Origin: Macrostomum lignano
Taxonomy: Eukaryota
Length of the DNA stretch: 64,000 bases
Assembly (NCBI GenBank): GCA_002269645.1
Contig: NIVC01001448.1
Location: forward strand, 156,602 to 220,601
Direction of reading: 5' to 3'
This document shows positions 13,301-23,812 of this stretch, piece after piece; the first letter of the stretch is position 1, and each line of letters opens with the position of its first letter. Made by a program: the position numbers and the translations under genes. Below the pieces are notes generated by a model. That model ran no database searches. It saw only the letters and a list, made by a program, of their open reading frames with translations, and was not told the origin of the DNA.

Positions 13301-13797
13301 GGGATTGTCTTTTATGCTTCAGGGATTGTCGTAAATTATTCAAGGATTGTCTTGATTGCTTCAGGATAGTCTGTGATGTTGCTTCAGGATAGTCTGTGAT
13401 ATTGCTTCAGGATAGTCTGTGATTGCTTCAGGATAGTCCGTAATTGCTTCATGAATAACCGCATTGGCAACCCTAACACCCAATTCAGGTGCTGCCCATC
13501 GCAGACCCGGCAGAAATCCGTCCCTACCCGACCATCCCGCCAAACCTGTCCTTTGTCCGACCGGAAGAGATCCAACAACGCAACCAGACAATCGTGGTGC
13601 TGGTCTCAATCAGCTGTTTAGCCCTGCTCACACTGCTATTCGTTGCCTGCTTCATGCGCAATTACACCTTCGAGCGGGGCGACTACGAGACCAAAGAGGC
13701 TGGCGACGGGATCCTAGATGAAGATGATGCTGATGCAGCGCTTCAACGACAAGGCGGAGCTCTGCCAGCGGTTCGCGGCAAAGAGTGGTGGCTGTGA
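4316..13797 (+). CDS. Nrx-IV: Neurexin-IV / contactin-associated protein (Caspr/CNTNAP)-like: F5/8C-LamG-LamG-EGF-FBG-like-LamG-EGF-LamG-TM-4.1 motif-PDZ tail
   Basis: Phase-compatible GT-AG exons: (4316 or 4500)-4637, 4719-6532, 7181-7619, 8424-8815, 9786-9932, 10480-10841, 11886-12045, 12806-13066, 13489-13797. Motifs: discoidin AWIAGDQNTNQWLQIDLG..VATQGR and RYVRINPQRW; LamG FRFRT..NGLILY; EGF CMPNPCKRGAHC and CLDNPCLNRGEC; TM IVVLVSISCLALLTLLFVACF; RGDYETKE; C-terminal KEWWL. The 5' start is uncertain. Confidence 0.93.
6650..6885. repeat. 41-bp tandem repeat (~4 copies) grading into a 16-bp tandem repeat (~5 copies), intronic
   Basis: TCCACTCACG recurs at 6661, 6702, 6743 and 6784; then GGCGCCCCTTGGTGCT with period 16 from 6800. 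Confidence 0.9.
8079..8321 (-). mobile_element. tRNA-derived SINE, family B, copy in Nrx-IV intron
   Basis: Colinear with 26746-26966 (CAGGCACACACTCAC..GTACAGCGG..ACTTTATTTATCGCTAGGCATGTACAC..GGTTGGCCCTCAAGGCCGTTA..GGAATCGAGC.TGGGCCGCTGG). The reverse complement begins with A-box-like and B-box-like (GCTCGATTC) motifs. Confidence 0.75.
8855..9660. repeat. 29-bp CT-rich minisatellite (CTCTCTGACCTCTGACTCTCTTGATCTCC), intronic
   Basis: Direct periodicity; it produces the spurious minus-strand RE-rich ORFs. Confidence 0.95.
10080..10470. repeat. AC-rich ~17-bp degenerate minisatellite (CACACAACCCCAAACCC), intronic
   Basis: Periodicity visible; runs into the acceptor accccacag at 10479. Confidence 0.85.
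10905..11760. repeat. 21-bp to 17-bp minisatellite (AAAACTCGACACTTCTC), intronic
   Basis: About 5 copies of TCAAGCTCGACACTTCTCAAG, followed by about 40 near-identical 17-mers. Confidence 0.97.
12160..12720. repeat. 14-bp purine-rich minisatellite (GAGAGAGTGACAGG), intronic
   Basis: Direct periodicity. Confidence 0.95.
13075..13450. repeat. 20-21-bp minisatellite (AATGCTTCAGG(G)ATAGTCCT), intronic
   Basis: Direct periodicity with gradual divergence towards the 3' end. Confidence 0.9.
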
Positions 13798-14444
13798 ACT
13801 CAGAACCTAAATGAATGTTTGACCCCTGCCAAGTTTATTTAAAGTTCTACTCGAAATCTGATAAATGTCTTCGATAAAAACGTCTTTTTGATTGATAAAG
13901 TGGTACAAAACGGTATTTATCTGAATCATTCCAATCGCCATTTTGCAATGCCATGGCTCACACTTGCAAGTGCAATATTTTTCCATTTTTTGTTGTGTCC
14001 AATTTTCGCAACCAATTTTTTGCCAAGCTTTAAACTTAGCTCTGCTTTGCTTCCTCCTAATCTGATTTTTGATTTTGTAGTCCATTATTGTTTTTGTATC
14101 ATGATTATGTACAATTGCACATTTTTACAGACTGCGCACGCCCGACAAATCGACTGTACAATCAGATTTATTCATGTATTTATTTATATTTGTATTCATG
14201 ACTGGATTGTTTACAAGAAAGTACAGTACGTACGGCTGTTTATTGTTTGAAAGCATCTTTAAACTTTTTGCAATCAAGACATTTTTAGCAATGAAAAATT
14301 ACATTTAAGACATAATTGATTCAACTTTTGTCAATTGCTATCTTGTGAATTTAAATTGGATTGTGAATTTATTTGTCCTTAATACGAATTGGTACAAAAG
14401 TATATTACATGTATTATGCTAGGTATATTCACTCCTGCCCCACT

Positions 14445-14850
14445 AGGTGACCTCTCCGCTGCCTCAAACAGAGTGACCTCTCCGCTACGACCACTCAGTG
14501 ACCTCTCCGCTACGACCACTCAGTGACCTCTCCGCTGCCTCACTCAGTGACCTCTCCGCTGCCTCACTCAGTGACCTCTCCGCTGCCTCACTCAGTGACC
14601 TCTCCGCTGCCTCACTCAGTGACCTCTCCGCTACGACCACTCAGTGACCTCTCCGCTGCCTCACTCAGTGACCTCTCCGCTGCCTCACTCAGTGACCTCT
14701 CCGCTGCCCCACTCAGTGACCTGACCGCTGCCCCACTCAGTGACCTGACCGCTGCCTCACTCAGTGACCTGACCGCTGCCCCACTCAGTGACCTGACCGC
14801 TGCCCCACTCAGTGACCTGACCGCTGCCACACTCAGTGACCTCTCCGCTG
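14445..14850. repeat. 24-bp minisatellite (CTCAGTGACCTCTCCGCTGCCTCA)
   Basis: About 16 copies with two sub-variants. Confidence 0.95.
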
Positions 14851-14909
14851 CCGACAGCCTTCCGCCATATTTTATGATTGACACGGCGATTATTCTATGA
14901 GTTGTTCTA

Positions 14910-16252
14910 CGAGGTGTATTCAAAAAGTTCTTTTCGGTGCCCTACAAAACTGAACACAAAACAACTGGAACTATGAAAACACTGTTAGATTGCTTAACAT
15001 GATTCTGTCACTCAACATATTCACCGCCAATGTCTTTGCACTTCTGCCAGCGATTTACCAGGCCTCTGATTCCGGAACTCACACCACTCGCGTCCGTTTG
15101 GCGAACAGCTTGATTGCATGCAGCTTCGATGTGCTCGACGCTGTCAAATCGAATGCCCCGAAGGTGCTTCTTCACAGATGGAAATAAGAAGAAGTCGCAC
15201 GGCGACAAATCAGGCGAATAGGGTGGATGTTGGAGCACTTCCCAGCCCCATTTGCTCAGGAGTTCCACGACGTTGTGCTTGCGATGTGCTGGCGCATTGT
15301 CGTGCAGCAGGATCACGCCAGATTCCAGCAGACCAGGGCGCTTCTTTCGTATTGCTGGGCGCAGCTTCTCCTGCAGAATCCACTTGTAGTAGTCCCCATT
15401 GACGGTGGTTCCTTGTGGGACTGCCCAGTTCAGCAGGATTCCTTGGGAATCAAAAAACATGACGTGCATGATCTTTATCGCGCCCTGCTTCCTGATGGCC
15501 TTCTGAGGTCTTGGAGAATGTGCTGGAAGCCATTCGGCAGACTGGGCCTTTGTCTCAGGATCCCAGCTGTAAACCCACGTCTCGTCTCCAGCAACAATTC
15601 TTGATAGAAAATCCTCCCCTTCTCGATGGAACCGACGCAGGTGGCTGCTTGAAGCCACAGTTCGCTGCATCTTTTGCTCACCTGTCAGCAGGTGTGGCAC
15701 CCACTTGCAGAACTTTGTCTGTAGAAGACGCTCAGTCAGAATAGTGTGGACGCTTCCTACTGACACACCAACGTCTTCTGCCAACTCTTCGCAAGTCCGT
15801 CGCCGATCATCATCCAAGAGCTCTTGCACTTTCTTCACAACAGTCTCTTTGGTTGCAGTCATCGGCCTTCCAGAGCGGCCATTGTCCTCAACGCTCTCTC
15901 TTCCCTCAGCGAACAGCCGGTACCATTTTCGAACTGTCTGCTCAGTTGGTGCACAGTTGCCAAGCACTTGCTGAAGCTCCCTAAACATATCCGGTGGCTT
16001 TTTTCCTTGCAGAAACTGAAACTTCATCAAGCTTCGAACGTCTTGCTTTGAAAATGATTCAGCCATGGCCAAGAAATTGAGTGGCAGCTGATAGAAATGT
16101 TCGCTGCTCTAACATAGTTGCAAACTGAGACTTAAAACCCTAGGAACGTTTAGGCCATAGACATAACTTGGTAAAATCGCTAAAATTCTGTTTACAACGC
16201 TTTCTAAAAATAAATGCCAAAGGACCGAAAAGAACTTTTTGAATAAACCTCG
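14910..16252 (-). mobile_element. Full-length mariner (DD34D) transposon, 1343 bp
   Basis: 28-bp TIRs CGAGGTGTATTCAAAAAGTTCTTTTCGG (14910-14937) and its reverse complement ending 16252, with 1 mismatch; TA target duplication at 14908-14909 and 16253-16254. Confidence 0.97.
15008..16072 (-). CDS. Mariner transposase, 354 aa, uninterrupted ORF
   Basis: HTH N-terminus, WVPHLL, AGDETWVY, LHDNAPAH, YSPDLSPCDFFLF; 34 residues between the 2nd and 3rd catalytic Asp. Confidence 0.96.
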   Translation of the reverse strand: MAMAESFSKQDVRSLMKFQFLQGKKPPDMFRELQQVLGNCAPTEQTVRKWYRLFAEGRESVEDNGRSGRPMTATKETVVKKVQELLDDDRRRTCEELAEDVGVSVGSVHTILTERLLQTKFCKWVPHLLTGEQKMQRTVASSSHLRRFHREGEDFLSRIVAGDETWVYSWDPETKAQSAEWLPAHSPRPQKAIRKQGAIKIMHVMFFDSQGILLNWAVPQGTTVNGDYYKWILQEKLRPAIRKKRPGLLESGVILLHDNAPAHRKHNVVELLSKWGWEVLQHPPYSPDLSPCDFFLFPSVKKHLRGIRFDSVEHIEAACNQAVRQTDASGVSSGIRGLVNRWQKCKDIGGEYVE

Positions 16253-16825
16253 TATGATTGAACCCCAACTCTAACCCCAAAACTGACCCTAAACCCTACT
16301 CCTAACACCATGGGTGATTCTTAGCATCTTAGCGATTTCCCCATACGCCTTTAAAGATTAGGTAAATGATTTAGCAGACTACTACGAGCGTAATTTTAAT
16401 TTCAATTAAGATAAGTTCTCCCCTTTGCAGCGTCCACAAAAACTGAACGCACCGGGAAAACTTTTAGTCAGCCCCAACTGGATCGGTGTTAATTATCAGA
16501 GTTTGCAGTTGCCAAGATAAATATTTGCATGTCGCACCAACCCAATGCTGGATGCCAACTCTCATAACTAAAGCATCTGCTACATGTAGATTGCTTATTT
16601 GAGTTTTACAACCTGGTCTGAATTATGCTCAAATCATAAAGCCTAACCTGCCTGGGTTTGGATTGGAAACAACTGACTATAACGGAATTTGCACGAGTTT
16701 AGCTACAATTCTGTATAAAACTGTATGGGCACCAACTGCAGTATCCAGATTCATTGTCAATTGACCTAGCAACTAAAACTAAAACTAAAACTGAAACTAA
16801 AAATAAACTTAGCAACATCAAAGAC

Positions 16826-16882
16826 TCGCCATCACAGAAGATTCCGTCTGTGGTCGCCACTTTTGAGAGTGCAGGTAAAGTC
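16826..16882. repeat. Short dispersed repeat, inverted copy at 43690-43750
   Basis: TCGCCATCACAGAAGATTCCGTCTGTGGTCGCCACTTTTGAGAGTGCAGGTAAAGTC is nearly the exact reverse complement of 43690-43750. Confidence 0.8.
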
Positions 16883-17492
16883 GTTCGACGGTAGGTTCGA
16901 TTCCTAGCTTGATCATGAAATCTTTGGCCCTGAGAAGCTTTTACCTCATGAAAAAATTGTCAACTCGTGAAATCGTCATCTAGTGGACAAGAATATGCAA
17001 ATTTTTAGTTTTGACCAAGATTTTCTTGAGTACCGTCAATATTTCGTTAAGTTAAACAAAGCAGTCAAGCTTTATTAAACCCGGGAGTACTGTCCGAGCT
17101 GTTTTAAACAAATAGGTGAAGCAGAATGAATCATTGTATATGCTTGTTGGGCCTCTGACACAGCATTTATTTCACCTTCATCAACCTGCCTTAGGCTTTC
17201 TCATTAACACCGGAAATTTTCTTCGACATGCAGAGCAAACTTGAATAATTGGAAAGTTTTGTGTTGCGTTGTGTTGAGATCGATAACTCTTTGGGTAAAT
17301 ATAGAGCAGAATTTGCAAAAATGGTAGGCATGACTCAAGATTCACTCTGGCAAGCATCTTTCTTTGCTTCTGATTTTCTGCGTTGCTTTTTCCCATGTCT
17401 ACAATAATTCAGGCTTCTTCTGCTGAGATTTGACTATCGATTGATGACATTGTTGATTCGTAAGCTGGAATGATAAAAAAAAGGCTGTTATT

Positions 17493-17690
17493 GGGGTTGT
17501 AGCCTAGTGGTTAGAGCGTTAGATTCCCGACTGAAAGGTCGGGGGTTCGATTCATTGTGCCATTGAGCAAGACACTTTGGGTGCCTGCATTAGCTGGGGT
17601 AATTGAGGGTGTGTGTGGCGACCCCCCCCCCCAGTCCTTGGACTGAACAGCCGTACGCAGCCTTCAGATGCGCCGCGCAATAGCTGCGGC
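17493..17690 (+). mobile_element. tRNA-derived SINE, family A (internally deleted copy)
   Basis: A box TAGCCTAGTGG (17500), B box GGTTCGATTC (17544); the body matches the reverse complement of 32003-32234. Confidence 0.85.
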
Positions 17691-18049
17691 TGAGCTGTCG
17701 GTAACACATCTGCATGGTGTACTCAATTAATATTATTCACCGTAAGAAAGCGTGGCTTCAGACTGTGTCAATATAAGCTTTATAGTTATTTGATACCCAG
17801 CACAAGCCGGAAATCATGAGAATTTTGCTGATCAAACATTGCATAAGCTCGTACCTATCTATGATATGGTATTATTGAGGGCTCCTTTATTCACTGATTA
17901 TTAAAAAAAATTTTCATTAAAATATTTCCAGAAAAATTCCCATATTATTTTTGGTATCGATATTGTTAGTACTAAATGTTCGAACACATTTTACCACTCA
18001 TCACATTCACTTATTTTGGCACCACATTCATTCATTCATACAGTCATTC

Positions 18050-18340
18050 ATTTTAGTGCCGCGTCACTTATTTTAGTGCCACAGTCACTCATTTTGGTGC
18101 CACAGTCACTCATTTCAGTGCCACAGTCACTCATTTTGGTGCCACAGTCACTCATTTTAGTGCCACAGTCACTCATTTCAGTGCCACAGTCACCCATTTT
18201 TGTGCTAAAGTCACTCATTTCAGTGCCACAGTCACTCATTTCAGTGCCACAGTCACCCATTTTTGTGCTAAAGTCACTCATTTCAGTGCCACAGTCACCC
18301 ATTTTTGTGCTAAAGTCACTCATTTTTGTGCACAGTCACC
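18050..18340. repeat. 21-bp minisatellite (AGTGCCACAGTCACTCATTTT)
   Basis: About 13 copies. Confidence 0.93.
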
Positions 18341-18620
18341 CCCCATTTTGGCGCCCAAAAAGCGTTTAGTTCTATTGAATCCATTCATAGTTGTTGCAAG
18401 ACTATACTCGTATTTGACAGTCAGCATAAAAAATCACTCATTGATATAGTTTTTTGGTAGACTTTGGTCTTAACCAACTGCAATGAATCAAGGGTCGTTT
18501 TATTTAAAATTCAAACTTTTTTATCGCAGTGACTCGATTTTAATTGAAGTCTCATTAGTACTCAGAGTTATATCGATCGACATCAAGGCTCATGTTATCG
18601 CAAGCCAAACGCTTTCTCCC

Positions 18621-19340
18621 TCAGCTGCGCACGAACAGAGTCCAGTTGGGTCCGGTCAGGCTGGCCGGTGGCTGGGCGAACGCCAGCAGGTGGCAGGCGA
18701 GCAGCCGCTGGGAGAAAACGGCGGCCTGACAGTCGGCTCTGGTGCTGCACTGGAGCAGGCAGTCAGCGTCAGACTGGGCAGCAGCTGGCCAGGACAAGGT
18801 CTTGCTGGTGGTCACTTCAGGGAATTCCGAATGCTTCACAATGTTGTAGATGTTCCTGTCTGAAGCGGATGTTGTTTTTAAAAAGAAGTTATGTGAAATA
18901 TTACTGCAGTTACATATTAATTTCAGCTTACTCGGATAGGTCAAAGCAAACACCGAGTTGATGGCGAAGCCTCCGCAAGTCTGCGAAGGGTTTCCGGCGC
19001 AGTTCTTGTTGCACTTGCTCTCGTCGAGCTTTCCATGCAAACCATAGGTTGTGCCGCAGAAGCAGTACTTAATGTTCTGCACTGCAAAGTAGGGAAAGCC
19101 GCCTAGAGAGCAGACATCGCTGCAAAACTCCAGTGACATGTTGTCAGGATCGCCTATTATCCCGATTCTAGCATTAATACTGTACGGCCCCAGCTGGCTC
19201 AGTCCCTTCAGACCGGTCAAGTCTCTGTTCGAGTTGTCACCGTCTTGGTAGCAACCGACATATGAGATCTTAGCAACCCTGGCAACTGCGCAGGTCACAA
19301 TAACGCACAGAAGTGTCGAATGAAACAGGGAAATATGCAT
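18621..19340 (-). CDS. Secreted WSC-domain + PAN/apple-like protein (paralogue 1), 2 exons
   Basis: Exons 19340-18932 and 18859-18621; the 72-nt GTAAG..TTCAG intron is in frame. Signal peptide MHISLFHSTLLCVIVTCAVA; WSC SYVGCY..RDL..MSLEFCSDVC..YFAVQ..YCFCG..CNKNCAGNPSQTCGG; C-terminal C-x3-C-x5-C-x11-C. Confidence 0.88.
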   Translation of the reverse strand: MHISLFHSTLLCVIVTCAVARVAKISYVGCYQDGDNSNRDLTGLKGLSQLGPYSINARIGIIGDPDNMSLEFCSDVCSLGGFPYFAVQNIKYCFCGTTYGLHGKLDESKCNKNCAGNPSQTCGGFAINSVFALTYPSKLKLICNCSNISHNFFLKTTSASDRNIYNIVKHSEFPEVTTSKTLSWPAAAQSDADCLLQCSTRADCQAAVFSQRLLACHLLAFAQPPASLTGPNWTLFVRS

Positions 19341-19594
19341 TGACAAGCGCTCAGTTATGTTTTTGGCGATTATCAACTCTTAAGTCTGTTGTATGAAGAA
19401 TTTCAGATTTGGGTTTGGATTTTATAACTACTGGAGTACGACCTACTAGTAGCGATGATTTTTCAGCTTACTATAACCAATCAGCTTAGATATTCTCACC
19501 ATTGGCGGAATTTGGTTGGATTATATTTAGACCTTTAGGTAAGATACCAACGTACCGAGTTTTTTTTTGTGTTTCCGTCTATAGTTTTGGAGTC

Positions 19595-20755
19595 AGATAA
19601 TGGTAAATTGTTTCTATTGTTTTGGAGGCAGATAATGGTAGATTGTGTCTTTGGTTTTGGAGTCAGGTAATGGTAGATTGTGTCTATGGTTTTAGAGTCA
19701 GATAATGGTAGATTGTGTCTATGGTTTTGGAGTCAGATAATGGTAGATTGTGTCTATGGTTTTGGAGTCAGATAATGGTAGATTGTGTCTATGGTTTTGG
19801 AGTCAGATAATGGTAGATTGTGTCTATGGTTTTGGAGTCAGATAATGGTAGATTGTGTCTATGGTTTTGAAGGCAGACAATGGTAGATTGTGTCTATGGT
19901 TTTGAAGGCAGATAATGGTAGATTGTGTCTTTGGTTTTGGAGTCAGGTAATGGTAGATTGTGTCTATGGTTTTGGAGTCAGATAATGGTAGATTGTGTCT
20001 ATGGTTTTGGAGTCAGATAATGGTAGATTGTGTCTATGGTTTTGAAGGCAGACAATGGTAGATTGTGTCTATGGTTTTGAAGGCAGACAATGGTAGATTG
20101 TGTCTATGGTTTTGGAGGCAGACAATGGTAGATTGTGTCTATGGTTTTGAAGGCAGACAATGGTAGATTGTGTCTATGGTTTTGGAGGCAGACAATGGTA
20201 GATTGTGTCTATGGTTTTGGAGTCAGACAATGGTAGATTGTGTCTATGGTTTTGGAGTCAGATAATGGTAGATTGTGCCTATGGTTTTGGAGTCAGGTAA
20301 TGGTAGATTGTGTCTATGGTTTTGGAGTCAGATAATGGTAGATTGTGTCTATGGTTTTGGAGTCAGATAATGGTAGATTGTGTCTATGGTTTTGGAGTCA
20401 GATAATGGTAGATTGTGTCTATGGTTTTGGAGTCAGGAATTGGTAGATTGTGTCTATGGTTTTAGAGGCAGGTAATGGTAGATTGTGTCTATGGTTTTAG
20501 AGGCAGACAATGGTAGATTGTGTCTATGGTTTTGGAGGCAGGTAATGGTACATGTAGATTGTGTCTATGGTTTTGAAGGCAGACAACGGTAGATTGTGTC
20601 TATGTTTTTTAAGGCAGACAATGGTAGATTGTGTCTATGGTTTTGGAGGCAGGTAATGGTAGATTGTGCTGTCTATGGTTTTGGAGGCAGACAATGGTAA
20701 ATTTTTTTTATAGTTTTAAAGGTAGACAATAGTAGATTTGTGTCTATGGTTTTGA
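19595..20755. repeat. 35-bp minisatellite (GGTAGATTGTGTCTATGGTTTTGGAGTCAGATAAT)
   Basis: About 30 copies with AGTCAG/AGGCAG variants. Confidence 0.97.
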
Positions 20756-21065
20756 TTAGGTGAAGGCTGTCGGCCGCGGAAGTCAGAAATTATTCAGACA
20801 CATGTGATTGACGTGCTGATGAAATTTGAAGGCTTGGCAACACCATTTATAAAAGCGCATTGCTGATTGACGTACTGCATGGCTGGTGATTTAAATCTTG
20901 TTTGAAAAGATGTGCAACAAAAAGCAAGCCCGTTTTCCTGAACTTCGTGTTCCTGGGTTGCTCCATTCCGGCACAAAAAATGTCAGAGCATTGGGAAATG
21001 GGATCCAAACCTCTTTGCAGTACTTGCAGTAGTACTGTTATGACAATAAAACATATATTAAAGAA

Positions 21066-21930
21066 TTGAAGCATTTGAAGAAGGCATTCGACTTGGTCGT
21101 CAGATTTATGCTGCCAAAAGTGTTCCGTGGGTACAACGTGCCAAAGCAGCTTGTCTCCGCCATCATGACAATGTGCCGCAATATAAAACCGGCTGTTTCG
21201 ATACCAATCGGCCTAACAGGCATCTCCAGCTTCAGGGAGATCCGACTCGTTCTGGTGCTTGAATGGGTGCTGTTGATTGCTTATACTACCAACGACGACG
21301 GCATTCTGCTGCGGCGACGCGTGCCTGGCTACGCCGAAAATCTCGTCCTGCTTTCCTCAACTGTCGAGGTCGCCCAGCAACAACTGGACAAGCTAGTTGC
21401 TGTTGCGGTGAGTGTCGGCCTGGTGGTCAAGCGGCCTGGCGTGTCGGAATAAATCAAGGCTGCAATTTTGTGCCGAGGTGCAGATGAAGCAGGCGACGGA
21501 GCTTCGACGTTACCAGCAGTTCATCTACCTCTGCGGTCTGGTTCCCGGCGTCCTCGAGGATCTGCAACATCGCCGCGGGCTGCCTTTCGTTCTTTAAAGC
21601 CAGTCCTGCAGTCCGAGGCCCTACACCTGATCGCCAGAGGGCAGCGTTGTTCCAGGCAGTGGTCGAGACCGTCCTGCTGTACGAAGCTGAGATCTGGACG
21701 CTGACGCACTCGCTCGAACTACAAGTAGACGCGGGACACGCTGGCCTGCTGCGCGCCGCCTTCAAGATCAGCGACGAGCTCGAGTTTCCATTGCGACACT
21801 GAATCGCCCCACCGGCCTGGTCCGTCCAAGCGACCTGTTGCGCCGTCAGCGGCTTCAGCTGGCGGGTCACATCATCCGCGCCGAGTTGCACTGCCCATTG
21901 CCGGTGCAGGAGGTGCTGCTGCTGATGCTG
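21066..21930 (+). pseudogene. Decayed non-LTR retrotransposon (RTE-like) reverse transcriptase fragment
   Basis: LKKAFDLV..LPKVFRGYNVPKQLVSAI, GYAENLVLLS (degenerate YADD), QFIYL and VETVLLYEAEIWTLT across frameshifts. Confidence 0.8.
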
Positions 21931-22723
21931 TACTTTGCAATAGATAATTCACTATGAAATTTATTGATGAACCAGTAGCAAAAAGGACCGGAAAGTACTA
22001 CGACATCGTTAGCTACATTAATAAGGGAATTTAACCGGCCTCCAGTATAAAGCTTTCGTAGTTTAAATCTCAATCAAGAGTACGAGCGTAGTGTTTTTTT
22101 CGGAAAACCTGAGAACCTTCAAAAGTTTTCAAAGACAACAATTGCACCGTTACTTTTCACCTGGTGAGACAACTTAGTCGCGGTTCAAACGATGAGTTAG
22201 GCATGGAATTTTCCCCAAGAGCTGCCTTCTTTATGCAGAGAACTTCGTGACTATAAGCCGGCACTCTAAATAGGCAACGGAGGGTTTAAGCCAGCCCTGG
22301 GAGAACAATTCCGCTGCTTGCGCAGCAATTATACAGTCTTTCGCGGGTCTTTCGCAAAAGAAATCCCCAAATTCACGTATTGGCAGTGGCGCCATTGAGG
22401 CCCTCATCAGCTGCAAGGCAGCATTGCAGCGACCTTGCTTGAGACTGGCTGAGTATACTCTTAGTTATGGCCTACGAATACAATGCTGCAAAAAGGTGTC
22501 TGGAAAGTTTTGAGAGCTTCCAAGGCTCTACATTAATGATGAGGCCAACAGCAGCTGACTACACTTGTAGATTTTTTCCAGGCGTGTAGCTAAAAATTTT
22601 GACAAGTTTCTGACAATTCCACTACATGAGTCCGTAGCTTCCAAGTGCCCCCTCTAGTCGTTATAAAGTAAACGCTGCGGGCTCTTCTTCTGCGCTTCAC
22701 TTCTCTCTTTTAGTTTGACACAA

Positions 22724-23812
22724 ATGTCTCGACTGTACCGACCGGTCTTTTATACGACTTTTCAGTTTGTTCTTCTGTTGGCAGCTGTCCTTCCAGAAGC
22801 AAACGGAACTGCCGAGAGCAAGTCAGTTCTGCTTTCCGTTCGAAAATGTCCATCGGTCACGAACCTCGCTACACTGAGCCCGGACAACTCCGCTAAAGAC
22901 TTAGCCGGCTGTGCAGCCCAGTGCGCCCGCTCCGCTGCCTGTGCCGGCATTCATTACTCCGCAGCGCTGTCGAAATGCTACCTGGGTAATCTAGATCAGC
23001 TGAGCTCGCTCTGGAATACGCTGAGCACCTCCGACTCGGATGGATGCGTGAGCTACGTCTCTCCCGCCATCAGAGATTCGCTTATGGCCGAACCAACCGA
23101 CCTTCCGACTACAACAGCCGCTCCCCTGACGATTCCTGGACTTACCGCTTCAACCGCTGCGAAGTTGGTGATTTTGATCGATTTTCGACAGGGTTACACC
23201 AACCTGGCCAACCCGTCCAAGTATGCGGCCACACCCTACGGCTCCATCACCCGAGATAATCAGGGAGCCCATTTTCCGGGAACAAACTCGGACTACATCG
23301 AGATTGACACCGATCGATTCAGTCTGGCTACAACTTACTTGAATTCGTCTTGTAACTTCACCTTCTTTGTAAAGCTGGTTAGGCAGACTTGGAACCAGCA
23401 GAATTATCACCTGTTTCACGACTGCAGCGGCAATCTTAGAGCTGAGTTCTGCGATCGCGTCGGCAAGTTGCACATCAGCCATTCATTTCCGGAGAAACCT
23501 GTCCTGCTGGATCAAACGGAGACTGTCGATTCAACCGCCGAGCTGTTGAACCGGGCCAACATCCTCCAGGGTGTTGCAGCCGCTGCCGTCTTCACTGGCG
23601 TCAACTTGTCGGCGCTTTACTTCAACGGCTCCGCGGTGGCCAATAGCGGGGACTTGAACCATGCCTACAACGGCGACCTGCAGTGCCTCCGTCTCGGCCA
23701 CAATGCAGCCTCCAGCGCCGCTCTCAAAGGTCGCTACATCTGCTACGCCGTTGCCAATGCCGCTCTCACTGCCGATGAGATTGTCGAACTAAACCAGTAC
23801 TGCGGCAATTGA
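22724..23812 (+). CDS. Secreted PAN/apple-like + Thr-rich linker + LamG/pentraxin(ConA)-like protein, single coding exon
   Basis: First ATG at 22724 follows the acceptor ctcttttag. Hydrophobic signal FQFVLLLAAVLPEANG; CAAQCARSAACAGIHYSAALSKCYL (C-x3-C-x5-C-x11-C); PTTTAAP linker; C-terminal beta-rich region with LYFNG..LRLG..LKG..ALTADEI typical of LamG3/pentraxin folds. Confidence 0.8.
   Translation: MSRLYRPVFYTTFQFVLLLAAVLPEANGTAESKSVLLSVRKCPSVTNLATLSPDNSAKDLAGCAAQCARSAACAGIHYSAALSKCYLGNLDQLSSLWNTLSTSDSDGCVSYVSPAIRDSLMAEPTDLPTTTAAPLTIPGLTASTAAKLVILIDFRQGYTNLANPSKYAATPYGSITRDNQGAHFPGTNSDYIEIDTDRFSLATTYLNSSCNFTFFVKLVRQTWNQQNYHLFHDCSGNLRAEFCDRVGKLHISHSFPEKPVLLDQTETVDSTAELLNRANILQGVAAAAVFTGVNLSALYFNGSAVANSGDLNHAYNGDLQCLRLGHNAASSAALKGRYICYAVANAALTADEIVELNQYCGN

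Noticed and set aside
16260-16310. Telomere-like TAACCC repeats (also ~37140-37195)
   Set aside because: Too short and degenerate to call interstitial telomere; more likely part of a dispersed repeat.
17181-17460. Minus-strand exon-like ORF with CSAC motif
   Set aside because: Nearby in-frame stops and no recognisable family; at most an unidentifiable relic.
17493-17560. Possible tRNA gene
   Set aside because: A and B boxes are present but the acceptor and T stems do not pair, and the sequence continues into a body shared with 32003-32234, so it is a SINE head.
19595-20755. CRISPR-like periodicity (35-bp and 32-bp arrays)
   Set aside because: Units are contiguous with no unique spacers, there are no cas genes, and the context is eukaryotic.
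22231-22480. Protein-like minus-strand ORF (..EFGDFFCERPAKD..)
   Set aside because: No recognisable domain and no consistent splice partners.
22700-22724. Spliced-leader trans-splice acceptors just upstream of ATGs (22713, 38595, 62246)
   Set aside because: Plausible cis donors exist upstream for at least PHTF (~37290) and UNG (~62181). Trans-splicing cannot be distinguished without transcripts.
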